DNA of 64,000 nucleotides, from IMG/VR virus record IMGVR_UViG_2548877019_000001, positions 1 through 64,000 of that record; one strand, given 5' to 3'. The notes beneath the pieces were generated by a model. It ran no database searches. It saw only the letters and a list, made by a program, of their open reading frames with translations, and was not told the origin of the DNA. Of the stretch, positions 37,414 through 47,343 are shown in pieces (the first letter of the stretch is position 1; every line of letters begins with the position of its first letter). A program made the position numbers and the translations under genes. This stretch comes from an uncultured virus (IMG/VR IMGVR_UViG_2548877019_000001). Taxonomy: Duplodnaviria > Heunggongvirae > Uroviricota > Caudoviricetes.

Positions 37414-38465
37414 TGGCGTTCCCTCATTGCGTTAAGAAGTGCGGCAACCTCTTCGGCAGTGAACAGGCGCATATCTGAGTCGGATTCGAGGTGCGCCACC
37501 TTTCCGTCCGCTTCCTTTGCGGCATATTTCAGCGCCTCCAATTCTTCGCCGTGCCTCCGGTTGTCTTTGTGTAGCGTGTCGATTTCGTCTTGTAGACGCT
37601 TAACTTCTTCGTATAGAAAATCGGTCACATCCTCGTTTGTAGCATAATCGTGTACGATTCTATCCTCTAGCTTAGCGATATCGTGGCGAATATCCGCAAC
37701 GTCATTCCGTAGATTAGCGATGCTTCCCGCCCCCACTTCATACCATCCGAGCTCTTTCTGGATTCGCTTATTCTCGCGTTCCAATTCCGCAACACGCGTC
37801 GCCAGGTTAGCGATAACGTCGATCGGGTCGGATGGTTGCGGTTCTTCTTCGGAGGATTCGACCGGGACGAGGACGCGATACTCATGTAAATATAGTGGAA
37901 TATCCCTTCCGTCCGACACTCGCACATTAGCGTATTCACCGAAGTAAGTGTCATCCGTTGCGTAGCTTTCAACCGTACCTACTTCACCAATTCGAAAGTT
38001 TCCGAACTCCTCCGAAGAGTCCTCGTCATCTACAACGACAACCTTCTCGCCTACTTCCGCCTTGCGATCGACCATTTCGTAGCGCTCCGCCGTGCCGTCA
38101 GGTCCGTCAATGTGGACGATATTGGTCGGTTCGAGAACGCGGTATTCTTCGCGATTTCCGTCTAAGAAAATATCATTATCGAAGCCTTCGAATAAATCAA
38201 TTGATCCATCGTCGTAGTTATCGTACCAATGCGCCACAGTATCGATATGACCTACCGGAAAATCATCGCCCTCTGTCACGATAATCTTATCGCCGACCTC
38301 CGCCTTCCTATCGACCTCTACATATTCGCGTTTGATTCCGCCAAGTGATTCGTCAGCCAGTACGTGGATTTTTTCGTTAGTTTTAGTCATTTTACCGAGC
38401 TCCCTTCGTATTAATCGTTCAAATTCCGGCTTAACCCGATCCATCGCGCTTTTAAGGAAGTCCAA
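37410..38465 (-). CDS. Phage protein with two SH3-like repeats and a coiled coil
   Basis: YxxVDRKAEVG(D/E)K...EYRVL repeated twice. Confidence 0.7.
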   Translation of the reverse strand: MDFLKSAMDRVKPEFERLIRRELGKMTKTNEKIHVLADESLGGIKREYVEVDRKAEVGDKIIVTEGDDFPVGHIDTVAHWYDNYDDGSIDLFEGFDNDIFLDGNREEYRVLEPTNIVHIDGPDGTAERYEMVDRKAEVGEKVVVVDDEDSSEEFGNFRIGEVGTVESYATDDTYFGEYANVRVSDGRDIPLYLHEYRVLVPVESSEEEPQPSDPIDVIANLATRVAELERENKRIQKELGWYEVGAGSIANLRNDVADIRHDIAKLEDRIVHDYATNEDVTDFLYEEVKRLQDEIDTLHKDNRRHGEELEALKYAAKEADGKVAHLESDSDMRLFTAEEVAALLNAMRERQ

Positions 38466-38481
38466 ACGAACCGCCTCCTCG

Positions 38482-39039
38482 TTATTTAATAACCCGCAAT
38501 TCTACCGACTGCCGGCCGAACTGTACTGCGTCTGCTTCATTCGCGACCAACAGATCGAGCCGTGCGCCTTTAATCATGCCGCCTGTGTCGATCGCCTTCG
38601 CCCGAAAACTCGAACCGTCAGCGAGTCGGACTTCAACCGTAGAGCCAAGCGCAATCACAGACGGATCGACCGCTATGACGCGTGCTCCCTCGTAGTAGAT
38701 CGAATGGCTGACGTCGACTCCCGTTTTGGTGATGCCGGTGCAGCCTTCCGAACAGAATGCGGTATAAGCCGAGGCCTCGAACGTTTTCCATCCCGATTCA
38801 ACTTTTGTACTCTTTACGGACATCTGCTTCGACTTCTTCAGCGCCTTGATTTCGTCCTCAAGCGCCTGTATGCGTGCGTCCTTTTTCGTTATCTCTTTCG
38901 TTAATTCTCTGTTGCGCGATTCAGCCGATTGGATGGCGGCCTGTTCTGGCGTTATCCTTGGCGGTTCTGGCGGCTGATCTGCCGGACAATGGCCGGAGAA
39001 TAGCTGCGCTGTTATCGTGAAATTCGTTAGGATACCGAT
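38482..39039 (-). CDS. 3D-domain (cell-wall lytic transglycosylase-like) protein; probable ATC start
   Basis: ASAYT, GITKTG, IAVDPSVIALGS, AIDTGG, RLDL. Confidence 0.88.
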   Translation of the reverse strand: MGILTNFTITAQLFSGHCPADQPPEPPRITPEQAAIQSAESRNRELTKEITKKDARIQALEDEIKALKKSKQMSVKSTKVESGWKTFEASAYTAFCSEGCTGITKTGVDVSHSIYYEGARVIAVDPSVIALGSTVEVRLADGSSFRAKAIDTGGMIKGARLDLLVANEADAVQFGRQSVELRVIK

Positions 39040-39041
39040 GC

Positions 39042-39869
39042 TTACACCTCCTCGAAGAATTGCGCGGTCCACGGCTCTACATTAACGACTTCCTGGCGCA
39101 GGGCTTCCGCTAGATCAGCGATCTCCTTTTGCGCTCCGTTTCCCGGCTTACGTTTCGAATAGAATTCAAGTAACGACCGCAGATTCGCAGTCATTACGAG
39201 ATTGGTTGCGGCTGATTGCGGGAGGACGGCGCGAGCATCTTCGGCTGGAACACCGGCTTCCCGGAGCTTGTCGTATGTTTGTTGAGCGATCGCCATAGCT
39301 TCCGCAAATATTTCCGGTGAAGGGCGATCTTCCATCGGTGCTCCGTATACAAAATCGTACATGTCTACAGTTTTATCTTCGGTTACTGTCGTAGGGACCA
39401 CGTAATCGAATCCGCCGATCTTATCATCGCTTCCCATCCGCACATAACGTTGAGACTGGACGCTGAAACTAAAGCCGACTCTATGGCGTGTAAGTTGCGC
39501 CAATAACGCCCGGCTGACGCCTTCAATCGCAAAGGTGAACGAAAGGTGTTCGAGTGTCGACGTGTGGCCGGAACGTACGATCATTCGGAATAGTCGGTCG
39601 GCATCCGTTCCTGTGCCGCCATCTGACGCTTTGGATCCGAAATACTTGGCGCCTTCCTTTGCGACAATTTCGGACGGCTTGTTCGGTGAGTAGCACGTTC
39701 TGATTGCGGTTAGGGCGACGACCTGGCCGTCGGTTGGGTGCAGATCGTCCAAGGTGTTCGTAAAATATTCGCCAGATTCATCGTATTTTCTATAATCGAG
39801 AGTCTGTTTGAATTCGTCGCTTAATTGCGTATGTGCGATTAGCTGTACGTTCATTTTGGTTTCCGCCAT
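39042..39869 (-). CDS. thyX: FAD-dependent thymidylate synthase
   Basis: GHTSTLEH, QLTRHR...SQRY, EDARAVLP, AQKEI. Confidence 0.95.
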   Translation of the reverse strand: MAETKMNVQLIAHTQLSDEFKQTLDYRKYDESGEYFTNTLDDLHPTDGQVVALTAIRTCYSPNKPSEIVAKEGAKYFGSKASDGGTGTDADRLFRMIVRSGHTSTLEHLSFTFAIEGVSRALLAQLTRHRVGFSFSVQSQRYVRMGSDDKIGGFDYVVPTTVTEDKTVDMYDFVYGAPMEDRPSPEIFAEAMAIAQQTYDKLREAGVPAEDARAVLPQSAATNLVMTANLRSLLEFYSKRKPGNGAQKEIADLAEALRQEVVNVEPWTAQFFEEV

Positions 39870-40097
39870 TTATTCGTCCTCCTTCGCTAGACTTTCGAAA
39901 ACTCTTCGGTATTGGTCGTTAATAGATTTCGTAACTATTTCTCTCGCTTTCTCTTTTGTTGTGATCCGAAAAGTGCAATCGTCTTCTCCGTACATTTCGG
40001 AAGTGACAACATAATCGCGAAACAGTTCGTTCATATATTCGAGGTCGCCCGCGCCATAGAATTTTCCGTTCAAGAAACATGCGTATGTTTGCGGCAT
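39870..40097 (-). CDS. Hypothetical protein
   Basis: Operon packing, RBS. Confidence 0.7.
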   Translation of the reverse strand: MPQTYACFLNGKFYGAGDLEYMNELFRDYVVTSEMYGEDDCTFRITTKEKAREIVTKSINDQYRRVFESLAKEDE

Positions 40098-40678
40098 TAT
40101 ATCAGCTCCTTTCCGATCGGCTCTCCGAAATATTCCGGATGGGGACTTCCGACACCGCTACTCCCAAAGCCGCCCGCTCCCCGATCGCTATCGCCCAACT
40201 CAGTCACTTCTGTAAAAGCCGCCTGCTCGACCGGCTTAATTACGGCCTGGGCGATGCGATCACCTTTGCGGATGATGTACGTTCCCGCACCGACAATTTC
40301 GTAAGGTATGTCGACCAATGTTCCGCTCACACTTTCCGCATACCCTCGGCAAACATTTATGAGTGTGCCGGCCTCGTTAGTATCGTAAATCCATTGCGCA
40401 ATATTATCGACAATCACTCCGACTTCTCCCCGATAGCCCGCGTCAACTGTACCGAGCTGAACGCGAAGCTTCGTCTTCAGCGTAATGCCGGAGCGTGGCC
40501 GAATCTGCATTTCGTAGCCTTCCGGAATCTCGAACGCTAGCCCCGTTTTGACTAGCGCGGTTTCTCCCGGCTCGATGACGACGTCTTCTGCCGCAACCAG
40601 GTCGAAGCAGGCGTCTGAAGCGTGAGCATATTGCGGAATTTGTGCATCGGGTGACAAGCGTTTAATTTTTACGTTCAT
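40097..40678 (-). CDS. dut: Trimeric dUTPase with internal insertion
   Basis: ACFDL, RPRSG, GTVDAGYRGE, GDRIAQ, RGAGGFGSSG. Confidence 0.95.
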   Translation of the reverse strand: MNVKIKRLSPDAQIPQYAHASDACFDLVAAEDVVIEPGETALVKTGLAFEIPEGYEMQIRPRSGITLKTKLRVQLGTVDAGYRGEVGVIVDNIAQWIYDTNEAGTLINVCRGYAESVSGTLVDIPYEIVGAGTYIIRKGDRIAQAVIKPVEQAAFTEVTELGDSDRGAGGFGSSGVGSPHPEYFGEPIGKELI

Positions 40679-40728
40679 CCGAAAACCTCCTCGTTAATAG
40701 TTGCGTATCTACTTTCGTAAATGGACGC

Positions 40729-41698
40729 TTACTCGAAGTAGAAATCGTCATCTTGGAGCGCTTCGACCGTAGCTTTTTTTGTAAGAATTTCCCTTTTGAC
40801 TGAAGAAGTCGTGGGACTTTGTTTTTGTACTTAACCCGTTCATTACAATCGGGTTCGGTGTTTCATCAGCAAAGTACGGATCAAAGCCGATGTTCATCAA
40901 CGCCTTGTTTCCGTTGTATCGAACGAACTTTTTAACGTCGTGAGTCAGTCCGACCTGATCGTAAATATCCTCGGTGTAGGCGATCTCGTTTTCGTAGAGT
41001 TCCGCAAGCAATTCGACGGCGAAGTCGCGTAGTTCGAGTTGTACGTCCGTCTCTTGTCTATTGTAAATTTCCTGTGCGAGTAAGCCGACATAGACGCCGT
41101 GGATCGCTTCGTCACGGATAATTAACGAGATAATCTCGCCTGAGCTCGTCAATTTTCCCTGACCGGCAAAATATAACGGATAATAAAAGCCGCTGTAGAA
41201 AAGGAAACTTTCGAGGTATACCGACGCAACCATCGCCTTGTATAACGAAATGTCATCGCCTGCCTCAATCGCGTTGTACAGCCCGCCAATAATTTCGGCT
41301 TTCCGCTGCAAGTAGCGATTCGTCTTCACCCATTCGAACAGTTCCGTGATTTTCTCCGTTGGCGCAAGCGTCATGAAGATGTTCGAATAGGATTTCGCAT
41401 GGACTGCGTTTTCCATCATCGCCATAAAATTTAGGACGGCTTTACGTTGGTGGCCGGATACCTGGGCGGCAATTAGCGGCATACCTTCGTTCCCTTGCTC
41501 CGTGTCGAGCAGCGTTAGACCCGCGAGCACTTTCATATACGTATCCTGTTCGTTGGCTCCGAGATACTTCCACGTTAGAAGGTCGCCATTCAGCGAAATC
41601 TCTTCCGGAAGCCAAAACTGCTTAACGTTCTGTTCGTAAAACATCTGCGTGAATCCGTCGTCGTGTTGCGACCAGTTGGCCGCTGTATATTGCGTCAA
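40729..41698 (-). pseudogene. nrdF: Class Ib ribonucleotide reductase beta subunit, frameshifted near the 3' end
   Basis: [23 protein letters not shown]; an A7 run shifts the frame; removing one A gives the canonical tail [16 protein letters not shown]. Confidence 0.85.
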
Positions 41699-41736
41699 TT
41701 ATTCGTCCTCCTTCTTTTTGTTATTTTTCGGATTTA

Positions 41737-42081
41737 CTAGCTGCGTCTGCTTAAATATTCGTTCAATATGTCTTCATATTTATCTCGCATGAACTTAAAC
41801 CTGTCTTGATGCAAGTTCTCGCTCCACCCGGTTAATTCATCAAGCTCCTTCATTTGCTGAAATCCTTTTTGGATTTCCTCGTAGTAAAATTCAATGTCTC
41901 CCACCGCTCGCCAATGCCTCGCTGTTCTGACTTGTTGCCCTGTTTCGGCTGTTTTCATAGCTATATTTAAGGCTTTTGTTTTCTTGTTTTGATTAGAGAG
42001 TATGTTCGATGCGATTTTCTTCAAAATGAGATCGCAGTAAACCTTAACGAAATTAGTTGGTTCGCTCACTATCAATACCAC
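41737..42081 (-). CDS. AT-rich hypothetical protein inserted between nrdE and nrdF
   Basis: AGGAGG RBS; lower GC than flanks. Confidence 0.7.
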   Translation of the reverse strand: MVLIVSEPTNFVKVYCDLILKKIASNILSNQNKKTKALNIAMKTAETGQQVRTARHWRAVGDIEFYYEEIQKGFQQMKELDELTGWSENLHQDRFKFMRDKYEDILNEYLSRRS

Positions 42082-42100
42082 CTCCTATCAATCTGATAAT

Positions 42101-44200
42101 TTAAACCACGCATGACAGGCAACCTTCCTGCCCCGTATCTTTAGTCCGCGCATAATACAGCGTCTTGATTCCTTTGTGATGTGCGTAAAGGTCAATTCGA
42201 TTCAGATCGCGCGTCGTCATCGTATCCTTCAGGAACAGCGTAAATGAAATGCCTTGATCGACATGCTGCTGAATTGTCGCAATCATATCGACGACTTTAA
42301 ACATATCCATGTCGTACGCTTCCTTATAGAAGAACCAATTCTGCGGCGATAGTCCCGGCATCGGATAATACGTCTTCGAATTGCCGTACGTACGCTCTTC
42401 GATTCGCTCCATAATCGGCATGACCGACGCTGTAGCCGACTGCACATACGAAATAGATCCCGTCGGTGCGATCGCTAGTCTATACGAATGATAGAGTCCG
42501 TGTTTCCGTACGTTATCCTCCAGCCGAACCCAATCGATGCGTTCCGGAATTTCAACGCCTTCAAACAGCTTCGCGACCTTCTCCGTTTTAGGACGAAAAT
42601 CTCCCGCGACGTACTTATCGAAGTAGCTGCCGTCCGCATACGTTGATCCTTCGAATCCCTCGAACGTGCTGCCGGTTTCCTTCGCAAGCTCCATCGACCG
42701 CACCAGCGACCAATAATTAACGAGCGCAAAGAATACGTTAGCGAAGTCGCGAGCCTCTTCCGATTCATAAGCGATCCTATTCTGCGCAAGATATCCGTGT
42801 AGATTCATCGCGCCAAGTCCGATCGAACGCATCTCACGGTTAGCTCTTGCGACGGCTGGCGCGTTCTTGATATTCGTTGATTCTGATACGACCGTCAGCG
42901 CATCAACTGCGAGCTTCACCGTTTTCTCGATAGACTTATTCGCCATGACGTTCGCAATGTTGAGCGAGCCGAGATTACACGAAATGTCGAGGCCGATTGC
43001 GTCCGGTTCGCCGTAGTCGGTGTATTCGGATACTTGCGATACCTGAAGAATTTCGCTACAGAGATTCGAAAATTTCACTTTCGAAATGTGATTCAGCGCA
43101 TGAGCTGCGTTGACGTTATCTTCGAACATGATGTACGGATATCCCGATTCGGACCGTAGAATCGCAAGCTTTTCGAGTAGCTGCCGCGGATTAATCTTGT
43201 CTTTGCGGACGTTCGGATTCTCGACGAGCTTGTCGTACATTTCTCCGATATCCATTTCGTCAAGATGCTCGCCGTATTCCTTATAGACCGTATGCGGGTA
43301 GAAAACGTACGCGTCCCGATCTTCGCGAGCCAGTTCGATGAATTTATCCGGAATAACAACGCCGATCGATAGCGTCTTAACCCTGACGTCTTCATCTGCG
43401 CTTATTTTCTTCGTATCCAGGAACGCGTCAATGTCCGCATGAAATACGTTTAGATACGCTGCGCCGGCTCCCTGCCGCTGGCCCATTTGATCGGCATATC
43501 GGAACGCGTTATCGAGCAGCTTCATGACGCCGACGACGCCCTTCGTCGAATTCTCGACGCCCTTGATCGACTCACCTTTCGCCCTGATTTTCGATAGAGA
43601 CAACGAAACGCCGCCGCCAAGCTTCGATAGCTGCATCGCCATGTCTACCGCGCGACTGATATCGTTCAGCGAGTCGCCTACTTCGAGAAGGAAACACGAT
43701 ACTAATTCGCCACGTCGCTTCCTCCCGGCATTCAAGAACGTCGGTGTGGCCGGTTGATATTCCTGCCGGATCATCATTTCCGCAAACTCGGTCGCCTTGG
43801 CTGCGTCTCCTTTCGCGAAGAATAGCGCACAGATGGCGATCCGGTCTTCGTACCGTTCAAGGATCTTTTTCTTATCGTTCGTCTTGAGCGCATAGTCGTT
43901 GTAAAATTTGAACGCACTCATGAACGAAGGGAATCGGAACTTTTTCGCATAAGCCGCCTTGTAGACCGCTTTGATTTCGTCGAACGTGTACGGCTCGAAG
44001 ACTTCGCGCTCGTAGTAGTCGTTCTCGATCAGATAGTCGAGCTTTTCGCGCAGATCGTGGAAAAAGACCGTATTCTGATTTACGTAATCTATGAAATAAC
44101 TGCGGACGGCTTCGGCATCCTTTTCGAATTGAAAGCTGCCGTTCTTCCGTATCATAATTTCGTTGTTAAGTTCGATATACTTCGCATGCTTATTCGTCAA
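42101..44200 (-). CDS. nrdE: Class Ib ribonucleotide reductase alpha subunit
   Basis: PATPTF, SCFL, SNLCSE, SCNLGS, APTGSIS, KTLYY, C-terminal CLSC. Confidence 0.97.
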   Translation of the reverse strand: MTNKHAKYIELNNEIMIRKNGSFQFEKDAEAVRSYFIDYVNQNTVFFHDLREKLDYLIENDYYEREVFEPYTFDEIKAVYKAAYAKKFRFPSFMSAFKFYNDYALKTNDKKKILERYEDRIAICALFFAKGDAAKATEFAEMMIRQEYQPATPTFLNAGRKRRGELVSCFLLEVGDSLNDISRAVDMAMQLSKLGGGVSLSLSKIRAKGESIKGVENSTKGVVGVMKLLDNAFRYADQMGQRQGAGAAYLNVFHADIDAFLDTKKISADEDVRVKTLSIGVVIPDKFIELAREDRDAYVFYPHTVYKEYGEHLDEMDIGEMYDKLVENPNVRKDKINPRQLLEKLAILRSESGYPYIMFEDNVNAAHALNHISKVKFSNLCSEILQVSQVSEYTDYGEPDAIGLDISCNLGSLNIANVMANKSIEKTVKLAVDALTVVSESTNIKNAPAVARANREMRSIGLGAMNLHGYLAQNRIAYESEEARDFANVFFALVNYWSLVRSMELAKETGSTFEGFEGSTYADGSYFDKYVAGDFRPKTEKVAKLFEGVEIPERIDWVRLEDNVRKHGLYHSYRLAIAPTGSISYVQSATASVMPIMERIEERTYGNSKTYYPMPGLSPQNWFFYKEAYDMDMFKVVDMIATIQQHVDQGISFTLFLKDTMTTRDLNRIDLYAHHKGIKTLYYARTKDTGQEGCLSCVV

Positions 44201-44546
44201 TAGCTCTCACCCTTTCCGTAAATATCCGTACATCCTCCGTCGTCCCCGCCAGCTCGAACTTGTGGACGATCGGCACTCCGTACTCTTCCGCAATCAAGTC
44301 CGCCGCCTTTGCGAAATTCCCGCCCCAGTTGCGATTGCCTGACGCAGCCACGCCCGCCATTAAATCGCCATTATCCGCGAGGAAGTCCCAAACGGTGCCA
44401 GCGACCTGACCGAAGCCGTAAGTTCCCGTTACCAAGACGAACGGCTCCGTTAAAAGCATATCCGCCTTAATTTCGACAGCAGGCAGACCGGTCTTGGCTA
44501 CGAATCGGCGTACGTTGCCGGCCAGCGAGTAGTAGGCGATTAGCAT
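44190..44546 (-). CDS. nrdI: NrdI flavodoxin
   Basis: YSLAGNVRRF, TYGFG, ASGNRNWG, KFELAG. Confidence 0.95.
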   Translation of the reverse strand: MLIAYYSLAGNVRRFVAKTGLPAVEIKADMLLTEPFVLVTGTYGFGQVAGTVWDFLADNGDLMAGVAASGNRNWGGNFAKAADLIAEEYGVPIVHKFELAGTTEDVRIFTERVRAIDE

Positions 44547-44689
44547 AACGACGCCACCAACACTCCGATAGGAATTGCGTACATAATTAGGACGATAATT
44601 TTCGCGAGTCTTTCCGCTTTTGTTTTCGTTTCCTCTACGAGTGCTAGCAGCGTAAAAAGTAATAGGCACGCTATCGCAACGTATGTCAT
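44540..44689 (-). CDS. 49-aa two-TM membrane peptide (MTYVAIACLLLF...)
   Basis: Not in ORF track; overlaps both neighbours. Confidence 0.6.
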   Translation of the reverse strand: MTYVAIACLLLFTLLALVEETKTKAERLAKIIVLIMYAIPIGVLVASLC

Positions 44690-44886
44690 TCGATCGACTC
44701 CTTCCGTTTTAGTTCCGCCTCGATCTCGTCTTTTCGCGCCAGAATCCGGTCACGTTCGATTTCCAACTCGACCCTCTTCCGTTCATGCCGACTGATTGCG
44801 TAATCAACATCGGTAAGCTGTTCGTCAAGCCATCGCAAGGACTGTCGCAACTGTGCGGCCGGGACGCCGTAGCATTCGTATGTCAT
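44686..44886 (-). CDS. Coiled-coil hypothetical protein
   Basis: GGAGG RBS, ATGA overlaps. Confidence 0.7.
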   Translation of the reverse strand: MTYECYGVPAAQLRQSLRWLDEQLTDVDYAISRHERKRVELEIERDRILARKDEIEAELKRKESIE

Positions 44887-45152
44887 TGCGTTTCCTCCTC
44901 TACGTCCTTTTGAACGCGTTTATGTTCGCGGTAAGCAGTGTACAGTCGGTCAGCTAATCCGACGAGTAACGCGGTTACCATGAAAACCACTGCAATTGTA
45001 ATTCCGACTTTAACGATTGCGCCGACCTCCGGGACCGATAGTAGCGCCGTCACGATGACGTAGCCTGTCAGACATCCTGCAGAAAACAGTCCGAGTAATA
45101 AGGTGAGCGCAATCAAGTACGCTAATGCTCCGATAAGCCGCTGCTTAAACAT
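44883..45152 (-). CDS. Membrane protein
   Basis: Two TM segments, RBS. Confidence 0.75.
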   Translation of the reverse strand: MFKQRLIGALAYLIALTLLLGLFSAGCLTGYVIVTALLSVPEVGAIVKVGITIAVVFMVTALLVGLADRLYTAYREHKRVQKDVEEETQ

Positions 45153-45375
45153 CCGAACCGCCTCCTAATTCATCCTTGTATCGTTCGTGCAATGTGTCTG
45201 CTAGTTCCTTAGCGTATACAAGAAACGCATTGACAAAGTCGGCCTCTTCCTGCGTTATTATTTCATCTTCTTTACCTTGCTTGGCTTGAATTTGGCGAGT
45301 TAATGCAACCGCCGAATAAATAAAGCTATCAAATATCTCCTGTTTAAGAATCATCATGTTTCTATGCTCTTCCAT
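45145..45375 (-). CDS. Hypothetical protein
   Basis: RBS, operon packing. Confidence 0.7.
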   Translation of the reverse strand: MEEHRNMMILKQEIFDSFIYSAVALTRQIQAKQGKEDEIITQEEADFVNAFLVYAKELADTLHERYKDELGGGSDV

Positions 45376-45378
45376 CGA

Positions 45379-45744
45379 TCACTTCCCTCCGATCGTGTCG
45401 AGGATTTCTTTAATCGCGTAGTATTCCGGATTGATTAGCGCCTTGATGCCTTCAGTGATTACATAAATACCAATTCCTCCGGGAAGAATCACTACCAGAC
45501 CGACAGCAAGCACCACGGGAAACCATTCGTAATCCCAACTACAATGGCTCTTCTCATACGATTTTACAGTCACCTTCGTAATTATGACTCCCGCAATAAC
45601 TGCGATCATTAGAAAAACGAACCCGATAATCGAATCAGTCACACCGTTAGCAAACGCCTGCTTTACGAGAACTCCGTATACATGCTCGGCCGCGACTCCG
45701 AGCTTTGCTGCCAGCTTGTCGATATACTCCATCGCTTTATCCAT
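45379..45744 (-). CDS. Phage membrane protein
   Basis: IDKLAAKLGVAAEHVY...INPEYYAIKEIL, two TM. Confidence 0.75.
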   Translation of the reverse strand: MDKAMEYIDKLAAKLGVAAEHVYGVLVKQAFANGVTDSIIGFVFLMIAVIAGVIITKVTVKSYEKSHCSWDYEWFPVVLAVGLVVILPGGIGIYVITEGIKALINPEYYAIKEILDTIGGK

Positions 45745-45749
45745 TCGAA

Positions 45750-46307
45750 TCACTCCTTCGGTTTATCTATTACGCCAACATGAATCAGCCACGCAAGTCC
45801 GATCGCAGCCGCATCGCTCTCGTCGAAATTAGCGAACTCGCCGGTATATCCAGTCATACGCCGCACCGCCGCCTCAACTTCGTCCTTTTCTGCGTTGCCT
45901 GATCCGGCAACCAACGACTTAACACGCGTTGCTGATATTCCGAGTTGCGGTTGCTTTGCGGTTGGAGTCTTCCAATACTTATCGAACGTTAACCCGAATC
46001 GCGACGTTGCTCGTTCGCACGCGTTCCACGCCGCCAGAACCGGATAGTTCGAGGTCGACGTTTTGCCTGCGAAGTCCTCCCGTACCACATAGTCGAATCC
46101 ATCTCGCGGGTAGTTTTTATCGAGGAACATCAGCGCCCACCCTTCGATAACTTCGGCTCGATGCGCGTGTGACCGGCTAGGGTTTGGCTTGACGTGCGAT
46201 AGCGCTTTGATCGTTGGCTTTCGGTTGCGTACCTCGATGATCGCCACGCCTGGGCAGGTCATCGACGTGTCGAACGCAAGGCACCGGATAGGCTTGGCGC
46301 TACTCAT
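45750..46307 (-). CDS. RuvC-like Holliday junction resolvase
   Basis: LAFDTS..CPG, VVRED, GNAEKDEV, DESDAAAIG. Confidence 0.85.
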   Translation of the reverse strand: MSSAKPIRCLAFDTSMTCPGVAIIEVRNRKPTIKALSHVKPNPSRSHAHRAEVIEGWALMFLDKNYPRDGFDYVVREDFAGKTSTSNYPVLAAWNACERATSRFGLTFDKYWKTPTAKQPQLGISATRVKSLVAGSGNAEKDEVEAAVRRMTGYTGEFANFDESDAAAIGLAWLIHVGVIDKPKE

Positions 46308-47343
46308 CTGCCCGCACTCTTTCGATAAATTCGAGCGCATCAACGTACTGCCGTTTCGTAGATTCGTATACGTTCGACCTCAATACTCGCGACACTTTTG
46401 CGCGAAGCTCCGCCAGTTCTTCGTCCGTCAGCGACTTCGCAATAGCCGTCTTGTATCCGTTAAATGTCCATCCGTTCAGGTCCAACGGTAAGGGCGCTCC
46501 TTCTTCGACAGACTTGCGAATTTCTACGAATCTATCGAATAATTCCGTCACGTCTTCTTCCGTAATTTCGATGCCGAACGCCCGCATATCCGGAGACTTT
46601 TCGAATTCCCCTTCCGGATACACCCACGACTTTTTAGCCGCGTTCACGTAAAGGATGACGTATAAGTCGACGCCGTACATCGGACCGTAAGCGACACATT
46701 GTTTGACGTGCTTTTCTTCCGGTTGTCGCATCGAATGGAGGGACGTCTTTGCGGCGGTCGTTTGCTTCGACTTGATTTCGAGGCCGACTCGCAACACTTC
46801 GCCGTCTTCCGTTACATAGCGCATGATGCCGTCGCATGTTCCGTAAAGGTTGAACGAGTATCCGCGATGTGTGACCGGATGATTCATTTTCGCGAAATCC
46901 TCGAACATTGGCGTGCCGTCTTCGTTCTTTTCGAAGCTGAACGGACAGGGGCGGCCGGCCTTCTTCTCGAAGTGTTTTTCCATGAAGAGAATGTCGCGCT
47001 GGATTACGTCCCCGATCGCCGTACCGATGCGAGTCCATCGCCCTTGATACGGAGGCTTTTTCGTTTCGTCTCTCGGAGATCCGATCGCCTTGTGATAAAG
47101 CTCGCGAGGGCAAGCGTTAGCAGATGACGGCGAGAAATACGGCTTCTTCGGAAAGACTTTCGGAGCATTGGCGTACCATTTATGAATCTGCGCGTCCAGG
47201 GCGTTATCCCACGTCTCCGGCAGCGAGTGCCATTCGTTTAGATATTCGACCAATTCGTCCGCAATCTGCTGCGCGTATGTGGTCGGTTCTTTTATATGTG
47301 CCCGCAGTGAATTTGCGGCTGACCTTCCGTTTAAATTCGTCAA
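46300..47343 (-). CDS. PD-(D/E)XK (Cas4-like) exonuclease
   Basis: SPSSANACPRELY, GTCDG, LEIKS, QCVAY. Confidence 0.75.
   Translation of the reverse strand: MTNLNGRSAANSLRAHIKEPTTYAQQIADELVEYLNEWHSLPETWDNALDAQIHKWYANAPKVFPKKPYFSPSSANACPRELYHKAIGSPRDETKKPPYQGRWTRIGTAIGDVIQRDILFMEKHFEKKAGRPCPFSFEKNEDGTPMFEDFAKMNHPVTHRGYSFNLYGTCDGIMRYVTEDGEVLRVGLEIKSKQTTAAKTSLHSMRQPEEKHVKQCVAYGPMYGVDLYVILYVNAAKKSWVYPEGEFEKSPDMRAFGIEITEEDVTELFDRFVEIRKSVEEGAPLPLDLNGWTFNGYKTAIAKSLTDEELAELRAKVSRVLRSNVYESTKRQYVDALEFIERVRADE

Noticed and set aside
40729..44200. Group I introns or intein in nrdE/nrdF as in SPbeta
   Set aside because: Both genes are normal length and colinear with uninterrupted class Ib subunits
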